Both the position numbers and the translations under genes were made by a program. 64,000 bases of DNA, from positions 8,928,001 to 8,992,000 of the forward strand of contig OZ176055.1 of NCBI GenBank assembly GCA_964247055.1, given 5' to 3'. Of the stretch, positions 37,201 to 49,666 are shown piece after piece; positions within the stretch are counted from its first letter, which is position 1, and every line of letters starts with the position of its first letter. The notes under the pieces are model-generated. The model saw only the letters and a list, made by a program, of their open reading frames with translations. It was not told the DNA's origin and searched no databases. Source of the stretch: Paragordius varius (lineage: Eukaryota > Animalia > Nematomorpha).

Positions 37201-40200
37201 GTTGTTCTAGCCCCAAGAAGTGAAACCACCAATTGTCTAGAAAATGTTGTTATAACCCCAAGAAGTGAAACCAATTGTCTGGAAAATGTTGTTCTAGGCC
37301 CAAGAAGTGAAACCACCGATTGTCTGCAAAATGTGGTTATAGCCCCAAGTGAAACCACATTGTCCTGAAAATGTTGTTCTAGCTCCAAGAAAAAACCAAT
37401 TGTCTAAAAAATGTTGTTCTAGCCCCAAGAAGTAATACCAATTGTCAGGAAAATGTTGTTCTAGCCCCAAGAAACAAAACCAATTGTCTGGAAAATGTTG
37501 TTCTAGCTCCAAGAAGTGAAACCAATTGTCTAGATGTTGTTATAACCCCAAGTAACGAAACTCATTGTCTGGTAAATGTTGTTCTAGCCCCAAGAAGTGA
37601 AACCAATTGTCTGGAAAGTGTTGTTATAACCCCAAGAAGAGAAATTTATTGTCTAGAAAATGTTGTTATAACCCCAAGAAGTGAAACCAATTGTCTAGAA
37701 AATGTTGTTATATTATCAAGAAGTGAAACCATCAATTTTCTCTAAAATGTTGTTCTAGCCCCAAGAAATGAAACCACCAATTGTCTGGAAAATGTTGTTC
37801 TAGCCCCAAGAAAAAGCCAACTGTCTAGAAAATGTTGTTATCACCCCAAGAAGTGAAGCCAATTGTCTACAAAATGTTGCTATAATCCCAAGAAGTGAAA
37901 CCAATTGTCTGGAAAATGTTGTTCTAGCCCCAAAAAGTGAAACCACCAATTGTCTGGAAATTGTTGTTCTAGCCCCAAGAAGTGCACCAAATGTCTGGAA
38001 AATGTTGTTATAACCCCAAGAAGTGAAACCAAATGTCTAGAACCCAAGAAGTGAAGCCAATTGTCTACAAAATGTTGTTATAACCCCAAGTGAAACCAAT
38101 TATCTAGAAAATGTTGTTATAACCCCAAGAAGTGAAAACAATTGTCTGGAAAATGTTCTTCTAGCCCCAAAAAGTGAAACCAATGGTCTAGAAAATGTAG
38201 TTGTAATCCCAAGATGTAAAACCAATTGTCTGGAAAATGTTGTTCTAGCACCCAGAAATGAAAATACCAATTGTCTGGAAAATTTTGTTCTGGCCCCAAG
38301 AAGTGAAACCACCAATTGTCTGGAAAATGTTATTCTAGCCCCAAGAAGTGAAAGCAATTGTCTATAAAATGTTGTTATAACCGCAAGAATGAAACCAATT
38401 ATCCAGAAAATGTTGTTATAATCCCAAGAAGTGAAACTAATTGTCTAGATTTCTAGACAATCTAGATTTCTAGACAATTGGTTTCACATCTTGGGGTTAT
38501 AACAACATTTTCCAGACAATTGGTTTCACTTCTTGGGATTATAACAACATTTTCTATACAATTGGTGGTTTCACTTCTTGGAGCTAGAACAACATTTTCC
38601 ACAAAATTGGTGGTTTCACTTCTGGGGATTATAACAACATAGACAATTAATTTCACTTCTAAGGGTTATAACAACATTTTCCAGACAATTCACTTCTTGG
38701 GGCTAGTACAACATTTTCCATACAATTGGTGGTTTCACTTCGGGGAATTATAACAACACTTTCTATACAATTGGTTTCATCTTGGGGCTAGAACAACATT
38801 TTCCAAACATTCGGTTTCACTTCTTGATTATAACAACATTTTCCAGACAATTGGTTTCACTTCTTGGGATTATAACAACATTTTCCAGACAATTAGTTTC
38901 TCTTCTTGGGGTTATAACAACATTTTCTAGACTTTACTTCTTGGAGCTAGAACAACATATACCAAACATTCGGTTTCGCTTCTTGGGATTATAACAACAT
39001 TTTCTAGACAATTGGTTTCACTTCATGGAGTTATAACAACACTTTCTATACAATTGGTTTCACTTTTTGGTGCTAGAACAACATTTTTCAGACAATTAGT
39101 GGTTTCACTTCTTGGGTGTAAAACAACATTTTTCAGACAATTGGTTTCACTTCTGGGATTATAACAACATTTTCCAGACAATTGGTTTCATTTCTTGGGG
39201 CTAGAACAACATTTTCCAGACAATTGGTGGTTTCACTTTTTGGGATTATAACAAGATTGTCTAGACAATTGGTTTCACTTCTTGAGGTTATAACAACATT
39301 TTCTAAACTTTACTTCTTGGAGCTAGAACAACATATTCCAAACATTCGGGTTCACTTCTTGGGTGTAAAACAACTTTTTTCAGACAATTGGTTTCATTTC
39401 TTGGGATTATAACAACATTTTCTATACAATTGGTTTCACTTCTTGGGGCTAGAACAACATTTTCCAAACATTTGGTTTCACTTCTTGATTATAACAACAT
39501 TTTCCAGACAATTGGTTTCTCTTCTTGGGGTTATAACAACATTTTCTAGACTTTACTTCTTGGAGCTAGAACAACATATTCCAAACATTCAGTTTCACTT
39601 CTTGGGATTATAACAACATTTTCTAGACAATTGGTTTCACTTCATGGTTATAACAACACTTTCTATACAATTGGTTTCACTTTTTGGTGCTAGAACAACA
39701 TTTTTCAGACAATTGGTGGTTTCACTTCTTGGGTGTAAAACAACATTTTTCAGACAATTGGTTTCACTTCTTGGGATTATAACAACATTTTCTATACAAT
39801 TGGTTTCACTTCTTGGGGATATAACAACATTTTTCAGACAATTGGTGGTTTCACTTCTTGGGTGTAAAACAACATTTTTCAGACAATTGGTTTCACTTCT
39901 GGGATTATAACAACATTTTCCAGACAATTGGTTTCACTTCTTGGGGCTAGAACAACATTTTCCAGACAATTGGTGGTTTCACTTTTTGGGATTATAACAA
40001 CATTGTCTAGACAATTGGTTTTACTTCTTGGGGTTATAACAACATTTTCTAGACTTTACTTCTTGGAGCTAGAACAACATATTCCACACATTCGGTTTCA
40101 CTTCTTGGGATTATAACAACATTTTCTAGACAATTGGTTTCACTTCATGGAGTTATAACAACACTTTCTATACAAATGGTTTCACTTTTTGGTGCTAGAA

Positions 40201-41736
40201 CAACATATTCCAAACATTTGGGTTCACTTCTTGGGTGTAAAACAATATTTTTCAGACAATTGGTTTCACTTCTTGGGATTATAACAACATTTTCTATACA
40301 ATTGGTTTCACTTCTTGGGGTTAGAACAACATTTTCCAGACAATTGGTGGTTTCACTCCCGGGGGCCAGAACAACATTTTCCAAACATTCTGTTTCACTT
40401 CTTGGGATTATAACAACATTTTCTAGACAATTGGTTTCACTTCTTGGACTTATAACAACAATTTCTATACAATTGGTGTCACTTCTTGGGGCTAGAACAA
40501 CATTTTCCAGACAATTGGTTTCACTTCTTGGGGTTAAACAACATTTTCCAGAAATTCTTGTGTAGCTGATGCATTTGTCCGGGTTATTCGTGCAGTAACG
40601 TTTTTATTAGTTATAATAATATGTTCACTTATAGTGTTGTCGATGATCTGATGTCTTGATTTTCAAAGGTATATCTTCACCTTTTTTAAATCTCTTATTG
40701 GATTCCGCGTTTTTCTTATCTTTCATTACACATTTTTGGGAAAACTTTATCTCTTTATTTACTTTAGGCATTTCATTTTTGCGATTCACTTTGGGATTTT
40801 TGTTATTTGATTGAGAGCTCTTATGTTTGGTTGTTATGTTCTGCCTTAGGGTTTTTACATGTCTTGTTGGTTTTAAAACTGGTTTAGTCTTATGCTTTAC
40901 CGATTTCATAGGTTTTGTTAGGGAACTCCGTTTATACAAACTTTTTCGCATAACATAAATGTTGTTATAATCCCAAGAAGTGAAACCAATTGTCTGGAAA
41001 ATGTTGTTATAACCCCGAGAAGTAAAACCAATTGTCTGGAAAATAATGTTATAACCCCAAGAAGTGAAACCACCAATTGTCTGGAAAATGTTGTTCTAGC
41101 CCCAAGAAGTGAAACCACCAATTGTCTAGAAAATGTTGTTCTAGCCCCAAGAAGTGACACCAATTGTATAGAAATTGTTGTTATAAGTCCAAGAAGTGAA
41201 ACCAATTGTCTAGAAAATGTTGTTATAATCCCAAGAAGTGAAACAGAATGTTTGGAAAATGTTGTTCTGGCCCCCGGGAGTGAAACCACCAATTGTCTGG
41301 AAAATGTTGTTATAACCCCGAGAAGTAAAACCAATTGTCTGGAAAATAATGTTATAACCCCAAGAAGTGAAACCACCAATTGTCTGGAAAATGTTGTTCT
41401 AGCCCCAAAAAGTGAAACCACCAATTGTCTGGAAAATGTTGTTATAACCCCAAGAAGTGAAACCACCAATTGTCTAGAAAATGTTGTTATAACCCAAAGA
41501 AGTGAAACCACCAATTGTCTCGAAAATGTTGTTCTAGCCCCAAAAAGTGAAACCACATTGTCCTGAAAATGTTGTTCTAGCCCCAAGAAGTAAAACCAAT
41601 TGTCGGGAAAATGTTGTTCTAGCCCCAAAAAGTGAAACCACATTGTCCTGAAAATGTTGTTATAACCCCAAGAAGTGAAACCACCAATTGTCTAGAAAAT
41701 GTTGTTCTAGCCCCAAGAAGTGAAACCACCAATTGT
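28111..41736. repeat. 42-bp (39/45-bp variants) coding-type tandem array with alternating orientation
   Basis: Monomer gaaaatgttgttataaccccaagaagtgaaaccaattgtctg. Forward blocks 28111-30098, 31466-33104, 34472-38443, 40959-41736; reverse blocks 30184-31066, 33190-34072, 38478-40551. Each reverse block is followed by a reversed partial gene head (31067-31463, 34073-34469, 40552-40956). Confidence 0.97.
29794..35830. repeat. 3006-bp higher-order tandem duplication
   Basis: ORF-track pairs are offset by exactly 3006 (30184/33190, 31170/34176, 31425/34431, 32008/35014). Only a few differences are visible (near 30777/33783 and 31000-31020/34005-34026). Confidence 0.95.
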
Positions 41737-41991
41737 ACTTATTTTAAGCTAAAATCCAAAGGTATTAATTTAGCCAATAATTTAAAATAAAAATGGCGTC
41801 GACGCATTTTGATATTAAACTTTTTTTTTAAAACGAAATTTTATTTAGATATTTTGGCTTAATTATATAATTTTTATCAGGACAGAAGCATAAATTTAAA
41901 TTGGGACCGTTTCTTTCAGTATTTTTATAAAAATATTAACTTAATTTAAGTCTGGGGTATATAGATACCCCAATTTAAATCGAAGTGTTAA
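41737..41991. mobile_element. Internally deleted TTAA-MITE fragment abutting the end of the array
   Basis: Ends cgaagtgTTAA at 41991; reverse complement of parts of 49099-49480. Confidence 0.75.
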
Positions 41992-42924
41992 TATATTCAA
42001 TAAAATATTTATCTATTGTATATATCTAAAATAATAATTATGTAGCATTAAAATTCCAGATAAAATCAGAAATTATGTTAATATTGTTTCGCGAGTTGTA
42101 TCTCGGGTGCATTCTCTCACCAACTTGATCGGTAATGCAATTAAACGGATATCTTTTAATATGTTCACAGCCTACATTTATAAATAATATAACCATCCGA
42201 TGGTAAATTTTTTCAAGCTCCTGGGTTAATATTTTATACTCCTCTGACTTATGTGATTATAAAAAGAAAAAAATATGGCCCAATTATTTTATACCTGCCC
42301 CTGGGTAAGGAGTTACCCGCCAAAAACTGCGCCACTGCTTGAAATATTACCCGTAACTAGGTAAAAAATTTAAGTCAGGCGTTTTATTATTAGCCGTTAA
42401 TTTGGAGCCTTTATGCCTTAAAAACACCATCATATAATGATTATTTAGTGTTGAAGTTTTTTTTGAATAACCCATGAGACGATATCAAAAATGATTCCAA
42501 ATATTTGCCCTATAAAGGCAAAGAATTTAGCTCAGCGCTTTTTCCATATAGGTCTATGGGTAGGGGTCTACCGGTTTAAAACTGAGATACCATACAGAAA
42601 TGGCGTGGTTTTGGAGCTAATTTTCAAAAACTTAAGAAGCCATACGAGTTCAGTTAAACACATTTCTGAGGAATTTATATCATTTTTTCCTTTAAAAAGG
42701 GACAAATGAAGTACTTTTTATATCCCTTAATCCCACCTGTGTGAACAAATTTTAAAATAAAACTTTTAACCATGATTTTATTAAATCCAATTAGAGTTGA
42801 ATTCCTTCAATAAGAGACAGTTTAAATAAGGTCAATTTCGAGTAAACAATATTTGAGCCTATGCAAAAACCCGTAAAAGAATAATTAAAAGCAATCTTTT
42901 TAAATAAGAATAATTATCAGTGAG

Positions 42925-42962
42925 ACTACGTCACAACGAAGCGTGGCAGAGCCAGCTACTAT
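42925..42962 (+). mobile_element. Possible Helitron-type 3' terminus
   Basis: caacgaagcgtggcagagccagctact resembles the GC-rich motif followed by CTAGT that ends non-autonomous Helitrons. No 5' end or Rep/helicase seen. Confidence 0.25.
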
Positions 42963-43526
42963 ATAAAATGTTTTGAAACAGTATTCAAAATTTTTTTTAT
43001 TACTAGCTAGTCTCTTTATTAATATCTTAACATTCATATTTTATACATTAAAATATATATTGCAGTATATTAATAAAATATTTATTTTCAATTTTTTGCC
43101 ACGTTATGAGTAGTATAATTTTCCTGTTTTATTAAGGAGTCTTTCAAGAGCGGGATTTTAAAGTGTATAAATTAAAACAAAACAGGATTTACAAATGGTG
43201 GATCAACCAATTCGTAGATATCCTAGCAACAAATTGTGTTTGCGTTTATTTTAAGAGATCTGCCCATCACAGAAGGGCGAAATAATTTGGGACTTTCGGA
43301 ATCCACATCTAAAAAAATTTCAAAATGTTGTTTTGCTTTATAAATATAGTATATGATATAATTCAATTTTTGGTATAAGTAATAAACTTTTACCAAAAAT
43401 TATTATCACACATAAAGTGCGATTTTGCGAGATATCGAGTAATAATTACTAAAGTGCAAATAACTTTCTTATATCACCCTTCCAAAACAAAAAGCATCAT
43501 TAGAATTCAGCTACATTTCTATCAGA

Positions 43527-43560
<34 letters not shown>

Positions 43561-43626
43561 ATCAGGATTTGTTCCCCCCAATTTCGACGCAATGTTATTC
43601 ATAACTGAAAATAAATATGAAATAAA

Positions 43627-45173
43627 TTATATTAATTTATTTTTGATTAAATATTTATTTAATAGGGTAGGGCGATCCGTCATAACTCCAGCCACACCCA
43701 ACGTTTTAAAAGCGAAATCAAAATCGGTTTCCTCATTCAAAGTCCATAGGTATGTCTAAAATCAAATCAAAATTTTAGGAATTTTATTTCAAACTCAATA
43801 ATCTATGGAAAGATAAATAATTGGTTATTAGTGAATTTTTAATAAAAAATGTGAAAATTTGTATCATACTATGATTCCGCGTTTCTCCAGATACTTGATA
43901 AATGAAGGTCTCAATAAAAATCTAATGGAGACAAATATAAATATAAGTACATATGGGTCTCTAAGGTTATAATTATGACCGTGATTGTAATAATTTAGTA
44001 AAACTTTTAAATAATAATGGTATAACACTTAAAATTTAATAAAAAAATATGAAATTAATATAAAATTCATTATAACTATTATATTTTGGCACTATTAAAA
44101 CTAATTTTGACGATTAATTATTTTTTGTTTAGCTTTCTTGCTACATATATATAATTAAAATAATGATAAATGCTTTAACCAGCATTAGAAGTCATCAATT
44201 CTTTAGATTTTTATGAACATTGTTAAACAGATTTTTTAAATTTTATATAATTTAATTGCTTTTAGTTTATTAAAATGAATTTATTTTTAAACATAGCAAA
44301 ACTAGACTTACTTATCAGCAAGAAACATGATTAAACGTTTGGATGGTGGAAAATATTTTTCATCTGGATTAAATCTATAAAAAAATATAGAAAATCATTA
44401 ATTTAAATAAATATGCATAAATTTATTGATTATGCAAATTTTAAAATGAAAATTTATTTTATTAATATAGCTTTATACGACAAGTTTAAAGACTTCCAAT
44501 TTAAAAATTGTATGTAATGTTGTTTCAAACTATGGCAATTCCTAGATTAAAACGGAAACTGTTTTGCAATATGATCGTCTTTTATGGACAGGGCTTCGAT
44601 TAACAAAATCTTGTGGTGGTAAAGTTTGAGAAAATACTTTTATATTAATTAAGTTTTTAACTCTATAAGAAGTTTGGTGGGGATATCATTAAATCCTTTT
44701 GATTTATAACCCGCCGATTGCGATAGAGCTTATTCAACTTCTTGCTTGCGCATTAGAATTTGAGAATCCTCTGATATGTATCGATGGGTTTCTGGATATC
44801 AGTAAAAATTTGTATAATTTGTCATTATACAGATGAGGCGATCATAAGTATACATCAATTACAGAAGAAATTCCCTTCCTTAATTCATCAATCTCAATTT
44901 TTTTAAAATCGTATACAAGGGCAAAATAAGCCTGAAAAAGCTAATAAACGAGCGGGTTCAGGTAAACAGGAAGGATGTAGAGATGTGATGCGCAACATCC
45001 GATGGATAATTAAAAAACAACTAAAATTTCAAAAGGCAAACCCATTTCTTTAAAGATTTTACTAGAGCGTACGTTCAATAATATAAGTCTTGCGATGCTT
45101 TAAAAAGCTCTAAATCAGATGGAAGTTTTTATTCACATAATTAATATCATACATTGCCTTTATTCCATCCTTA

Positions 45174-45219
<46 letters not shown>

Positions 45220-47053
45220 ACCACAATTCAAAAATAAGAAAAGACGCCAAGATTGCGTTCTTTCACTAAAACTTTTTAAAATATGTTTGAAGAGTATTAT
45301 GCAAAAAATAAACGAGAGTCACAGTATAAAAATTGCCGGACACACAATCAAATCCCTCAATCATGCTAATATTCCAACATACGTTTATCGAAATATTTCA
45401 CGTTCAAAAGCGCCAAAATTTGATTTATTTATATTAATTAGCTATTACAAAAGCATCAATATCCATAAAAAACGAAATGATTGAGGTAGTTTTCCAATAC
45501 ATACATATTATACATTTCGTCAACAATATATAAATTCCACAGACGAATTGCGAGTAAGACAAATATGACAAAATATCATAAGCTAGGAAATATCATGATA
45601 ATAAACTTAAAATAAAAAACAGATGATTTGATTTATGAATCCTCCCTGCAATGTTATATAAAGCTAATGAACCATAAAAAGCGACAAACGTTCGATAAAC
45701 ACATTTAAATAATGATATTAGCGGAAGGCTCTAAAAACAAGATGGACAGACATCGACTAAAAAGTAGATCTTGACTGAACTCATTATGGCTCTAACCGGT
45801 CAATGTCTAAAAATGGAGTTATCCTATTTGGGAGATGTCTTTAGAATTTAAAATATCACATAAGACAGGCGAAATAAAAGGAAATGAAAGCGCAATCGCT
45901 GTAAAAATGCGTAGGACGGAAAAAACCTTTCACTAGAAAACCTTATGCATATTTATTAAAAAGAGTATATAGACATAAATTTTAGAATCTATTGCTTAAA
46001 TTAACATATAGAGACGAAATATTAAATCAAGGTAATACGTATCAAAATGTCAAAAAGTAATAAAAATAATAAAAAAATTTAATTAGTCATGCACATTTTC
46101 GATTTTAAGCAAATTTATCTGAGTTTTCCTAATTATTTTTTAAAGTATGTAGAAAAACTTAGTTGATATATTATTATTTAAGATTACAGTCCAACATTAG
46201 GTTTAAATGGTTATGTAGAAATAGTTAAAAGTTGAATATAATTACCGAAACAAAGCTGTTGATAAGGGGAGATTCAAATAAGTTTCTTTAATGTCAATAA
46301 ATGGTAAGAGACCACTGTAAAAGTAGAATGCAAGTTTGGCAATCGATTGAGTGGAAAAAAATAATGGAATGTCTTTATTCTATAATTTAATTTATAGAGG
46401 GTTTTTAAAATACAGTTTTCCAACATAGATCCCTTATTGGATCTTGAAATGAACCCCATACTGTAATATTTTCCCGATCATATTTCTTTACCAATGATGA
46501 TATCTTATAAATATAATTATGAAATTTACCTTTTCTATCAAAGTAGGGTTGTTTGCTTTAATATCAAGATTAATGGGTGTTTGTGGAAAAGATTTAAACA
46601 CATCCTCCAACAGAGGTATTTTTTCGTTATTAAACTCTTTATATAAATACCATATTATATACTTAATAAGGGCAATTTCTATAAAAATTAACAATATTTA
46701 ACCTCATATTGTGTTTGAGAAACAGATAAATTACAGTTTGTTAAACGTAACAAATTATCATCGTGAACAACAACAACCTGATTATCGCTTGTAAGATGGC
46801 AGTCCAATTCAATCATATTAGAACCGGATTCATTTATCGCTCTAAATTTATGTATAGGTATACTTTTTAAAAGCATGTATGGTGTTTTCAGGATTCTCCA
46901 AAGACCCTATTTGTAATAAAAAAATATCATAAAACCTCCACGATGACATATATTTTTGCATTTGATTCCCCGTTTATTTATATAAAAAATTGGATTTTTA
47001 TAGAGAACAATCGAAGTTAGAGCATATGCGCCTACTGCCGTATAGAGCAGCAT
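43627..47053 (-). CDS. GDPD1: Lysophospholipase D / glycerophosphodiester phosphodiesterase, GDPD1/GDPD3 family, 10 exons, 296 aa
   Basis: Exons 47053-46936, 46906-46864, 46841-46703, 46678-46663, 46636-46530, 46503-46414, 46379-46246, 44374-44312, 43921-43870, 43755-43627 (891 nt). Motifs: N-terminal hydrophobic anchor, ICHRGGSLENPENTIHAF, MIELDCHLTSD, VHDDNL, PINLDIK, SGLLPF, WTLNEE, GVMTDRP. Confidence 0.94.
44520..44800 (-). mobile_element. Probable decayed non-LTR (LINE) RT fragment in GDPD1 intron 7
   Basis: The minus strand gives KSKGFNDIPTKLL (cf. KSPGPDGIPAxLL upstream of LINE RT), with many stops. Confidence 0.3.
45177..45217. repeat. (TA)n microsatellite
   Basis: About 20 uninterrupted TA units. 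Shorter (TA)n tracts at ~4585, 5695, 12627, 16822 and 43526. Confidence 0.95.
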
Positions 47054-47415
47054 GATATATTATTATAAAAGCCAAAAACTGTATTGATATAAAAAAATTA
47101 GCATAAACTATTATTTAAATATGTATAATATGCAAAAATTATAAAATAATTTACACTTAGCAAAGTATATTCCCGTCTAACGCCTATAAAATATCTTTAC
47201 AAACCATTATTATCATTTTACTAACTCTATTTTACGCTTCATGATCTTTTCACCTATTTGTCGTCCGCGATGACAATTTCAGAGCTCCATCTTCTGAATA
47301 AAATACTGTTTAGAAAATTTTTTAAGTTCAAGCTAAATTATAAACACTGCCCTATGAGACAAAAATATTTTTAGTTTTGTGACAGCTCCAAAATATAATT
47401 AAACTAATTCTGATT

Positions 47416-48001
47416 TTAACACTTCGATTCAAATTGGGGTATCTAAATACCCCAGACTAAATTTAAATTAAAATTTTTATAAAACTACTGAACGAAACGG
47501 TCGCAATTTAAATTTGTGCTTCTATCCTGATAAATATTATATAAATATGCCAAAATATCTTGATAAAATTTGGTTTTGAAAAAAAAGCTCCATCTCAAAC
47601 TACTTCGACGCCATTTTTATTTAACAAAATTTTTGCAAAATATCGTTTCTATTTAATTTTAAGGCTAAAACTAAAGCTAATTTTTATATAAATTACATCT
47701 AACAATGATAGAAATAGAGAAAGCGGTTTAGTTTGTATAATTTTTCAATTTTACAATTTGACACATGCCACGTTGACGAAATTTTTACCTTTCGGTTTTA
47801 GCTTAAAATGTGTAATATCAAGTATTGAATAAAATTTTTTATATATTTCGGTTTATTAATGTTATATAAGTGAAAAATTTTGCCATGGTTTCGATTCCTT
47901 CCATACTTTTTAAAGTATTTAATTTTAAACAGGCCTGGGGTTACCAACTACCCCAATTTGAATCGAAGGACTAAAATGAGCGTGTTGCATTTAAGTGTTA
48001 A
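47416..48001. mobile_element. TTAA-flanked MITE, full copy
   Basis: TTAA-CACTTCGATTC ... AAGTG-TTAA, homologous to 985-1559. Confidence 0.82.
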
Positions 48002-48328
48002 AATATATGACTATCAGGTTTTGCTGATATAATGCAACCCTCAAAGCCTTCTAAGGCTTCTATTTAGCATATACCATAAAATAAATTTAATAGCCTATTA
48101 CACTGCTTAACAAGGTTTTGCACCACCCCATTTTTTGCATTTTCTGATACTTAGGGATAGAAAGGCCAAAACAAAAATTTAGGCCACCAATAGGATTTTT
48201 CCAAAAGTTAATTTTTAATATTGTATTTAACTTAAAAAAACAATCATTCCACGTGTACATATGTTTAAATTTTTAAACGAGCAAGTCGATACAAGTAACA
48301 TTTCAGATCCAGGTATTTTCATATTAGT

Positions 48329-48500
48329 ATGAAAATGCAAAAATGATCCAAATAAATCTTGCATCTGTTGTGGTAAATATATATTTAAGAAAAATAACTT
48401 GCGGAATATCGATGTTTATACTGAAAAACTTTTTACAAAATATTTTGATACCAAAATTGATAATGACAGAGCATGGGCCCCCCCCCCCCTCCATTTTTCT
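48329..48500 (+). mobile_element. Chapaev-like (CMC) transposase N-terminal relic
   Basis: CKNDPNKSCICCGKYIF...KYFDTKIDNDRAWAP matches the recalled Chapaev motif CxNxPDxFCYICG...YFGxKxGDQDKxWAPH. Frameshifted relative to the ATG at 48329. Confidence 0.55.
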
Positions 48501-49098
48501 TAACAAACACTCTTCAGAAAATGTTATTGGTAATCCATTAAATAAAACTTTATCTGAAAAGGCCGTTGATCTTTGTATTAAAAATTATAAACTGCCTAAA
48601 AATGCTGCCTATTCATAAAAAATCTTGACAAAGATTCAGCCTCATTCATGTACTTTCAAAATCATTATAAACTCTGTAAAGCCAAAGCTAAGGCTGGTAT
48701 AGCTAATGGGCCTTTAATCAAATAATTTTTTAAGATAACTACTTTATAAACCTATTATCTGCAAAGGAAAAAAAAGCTTTTGAAGCTTTAAAAAATTCAA
48801 CACTGGTTTTGTAGGTATAATATATATTTAAATATTGGAATCACATTAGTCAGAGGAGTATAAAATAATCCAAGAGCTTGTAGAAATTTACCATCGTATT
48901 ATATTATTTTATAAATGTAGTCTGTGAACATATTGAAAGATATCCGTTTGATTGCATTACCGCTCAAGTTGGTGAGAGAATGCACCCGAGATACAACTCG
49001 CGAAACAATATTAACATGATTTCTGATTTTATCTGGATTGTTAATGCTACATAATTATTATTTTAATATACAATAGATAAATATTTATTTTGAATATA

Positions 49099-49666
49099 TT
49101 AACACTTCGATTCAAATTGGGGTATCTATATAGCCCAGACTTAATTTAAGTTAATATTTTTATAAAAATACTGAAAGAAACGGTCCCAAGTTAAATTTAT
49201 GCTTGTGTCCTAATAAAAATTATATAATTAAGCCAAAATATCTAAATAAAATTTCGTTTTGAAAAAAGGTTAATATCAATGCGTCGACGCCATTTTCATT
49301 AAAAAGATTATTGCAAAATATCGTATTCATGTAATTTTACAGGTCAAATTAAAGCTAATTTTTTTATTTAAATTAAATCTAACATTGATAGATATAAAAA
49401 AAGTGGTTTATTTTTTCAATTTTACCATTGCATTTATGTCACGTTTACTAAATTATTACCTATGGATTTTAGCTTGAAATAAGTATTATCAAGTATTTTT
49501 GAATAAAATTTTTATATAATTTGGTTTATTAATGTTAAATAGGTGTAAAATTTTGCCATGGTTTCGATTCCCTCCATATTTTTTGAAGAATTTAATTATA
49601 AATAGGCCTCAGGTATCCAACTACCCCAATTTGAATCACCAAGATTGTGTTGTATCCAAGTGTTAA
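49099..49666. mobile_element. TTAA-flanked MITE, full copy
   Basis: TTAA-CACTTCGATTC ... GTATCCAAGTG-TTAA. Confidence 0.82.

Noticed and set aside
31425-37388. Long minus-strand ORFs (427, 427, 475 aa; VSLLGVITTFSRQL repeats) as real membrane proteins
   Set aside because: They are the antisense frame of the 42-bp monomer, which happens to lack stops. The frame continuous with the gene head is ENVVITPRSETNCL.
28111-41736. CRISPR array
   Set aside because: The monomers are contiguous with no unique spacers, there are no cas genes, and the context is a spliced eukaryotic genome.
46274-46459. Apparent frameshift in GDPD1 suggested by the ORF track
   Set aside because: That ORF is a different frame. 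Splicing 46413-46380 gives an open exon NKDIPLFFSTQSIAKLAFYFYSGLLPF.
48477-48490. C homopolymer (and the G run at ~60189-60199) as G-quadruplex or regulatory signals
   Set aside because: These are single isolated runs, insufficient for a four-tract G4; the first is inside a transposase relic.
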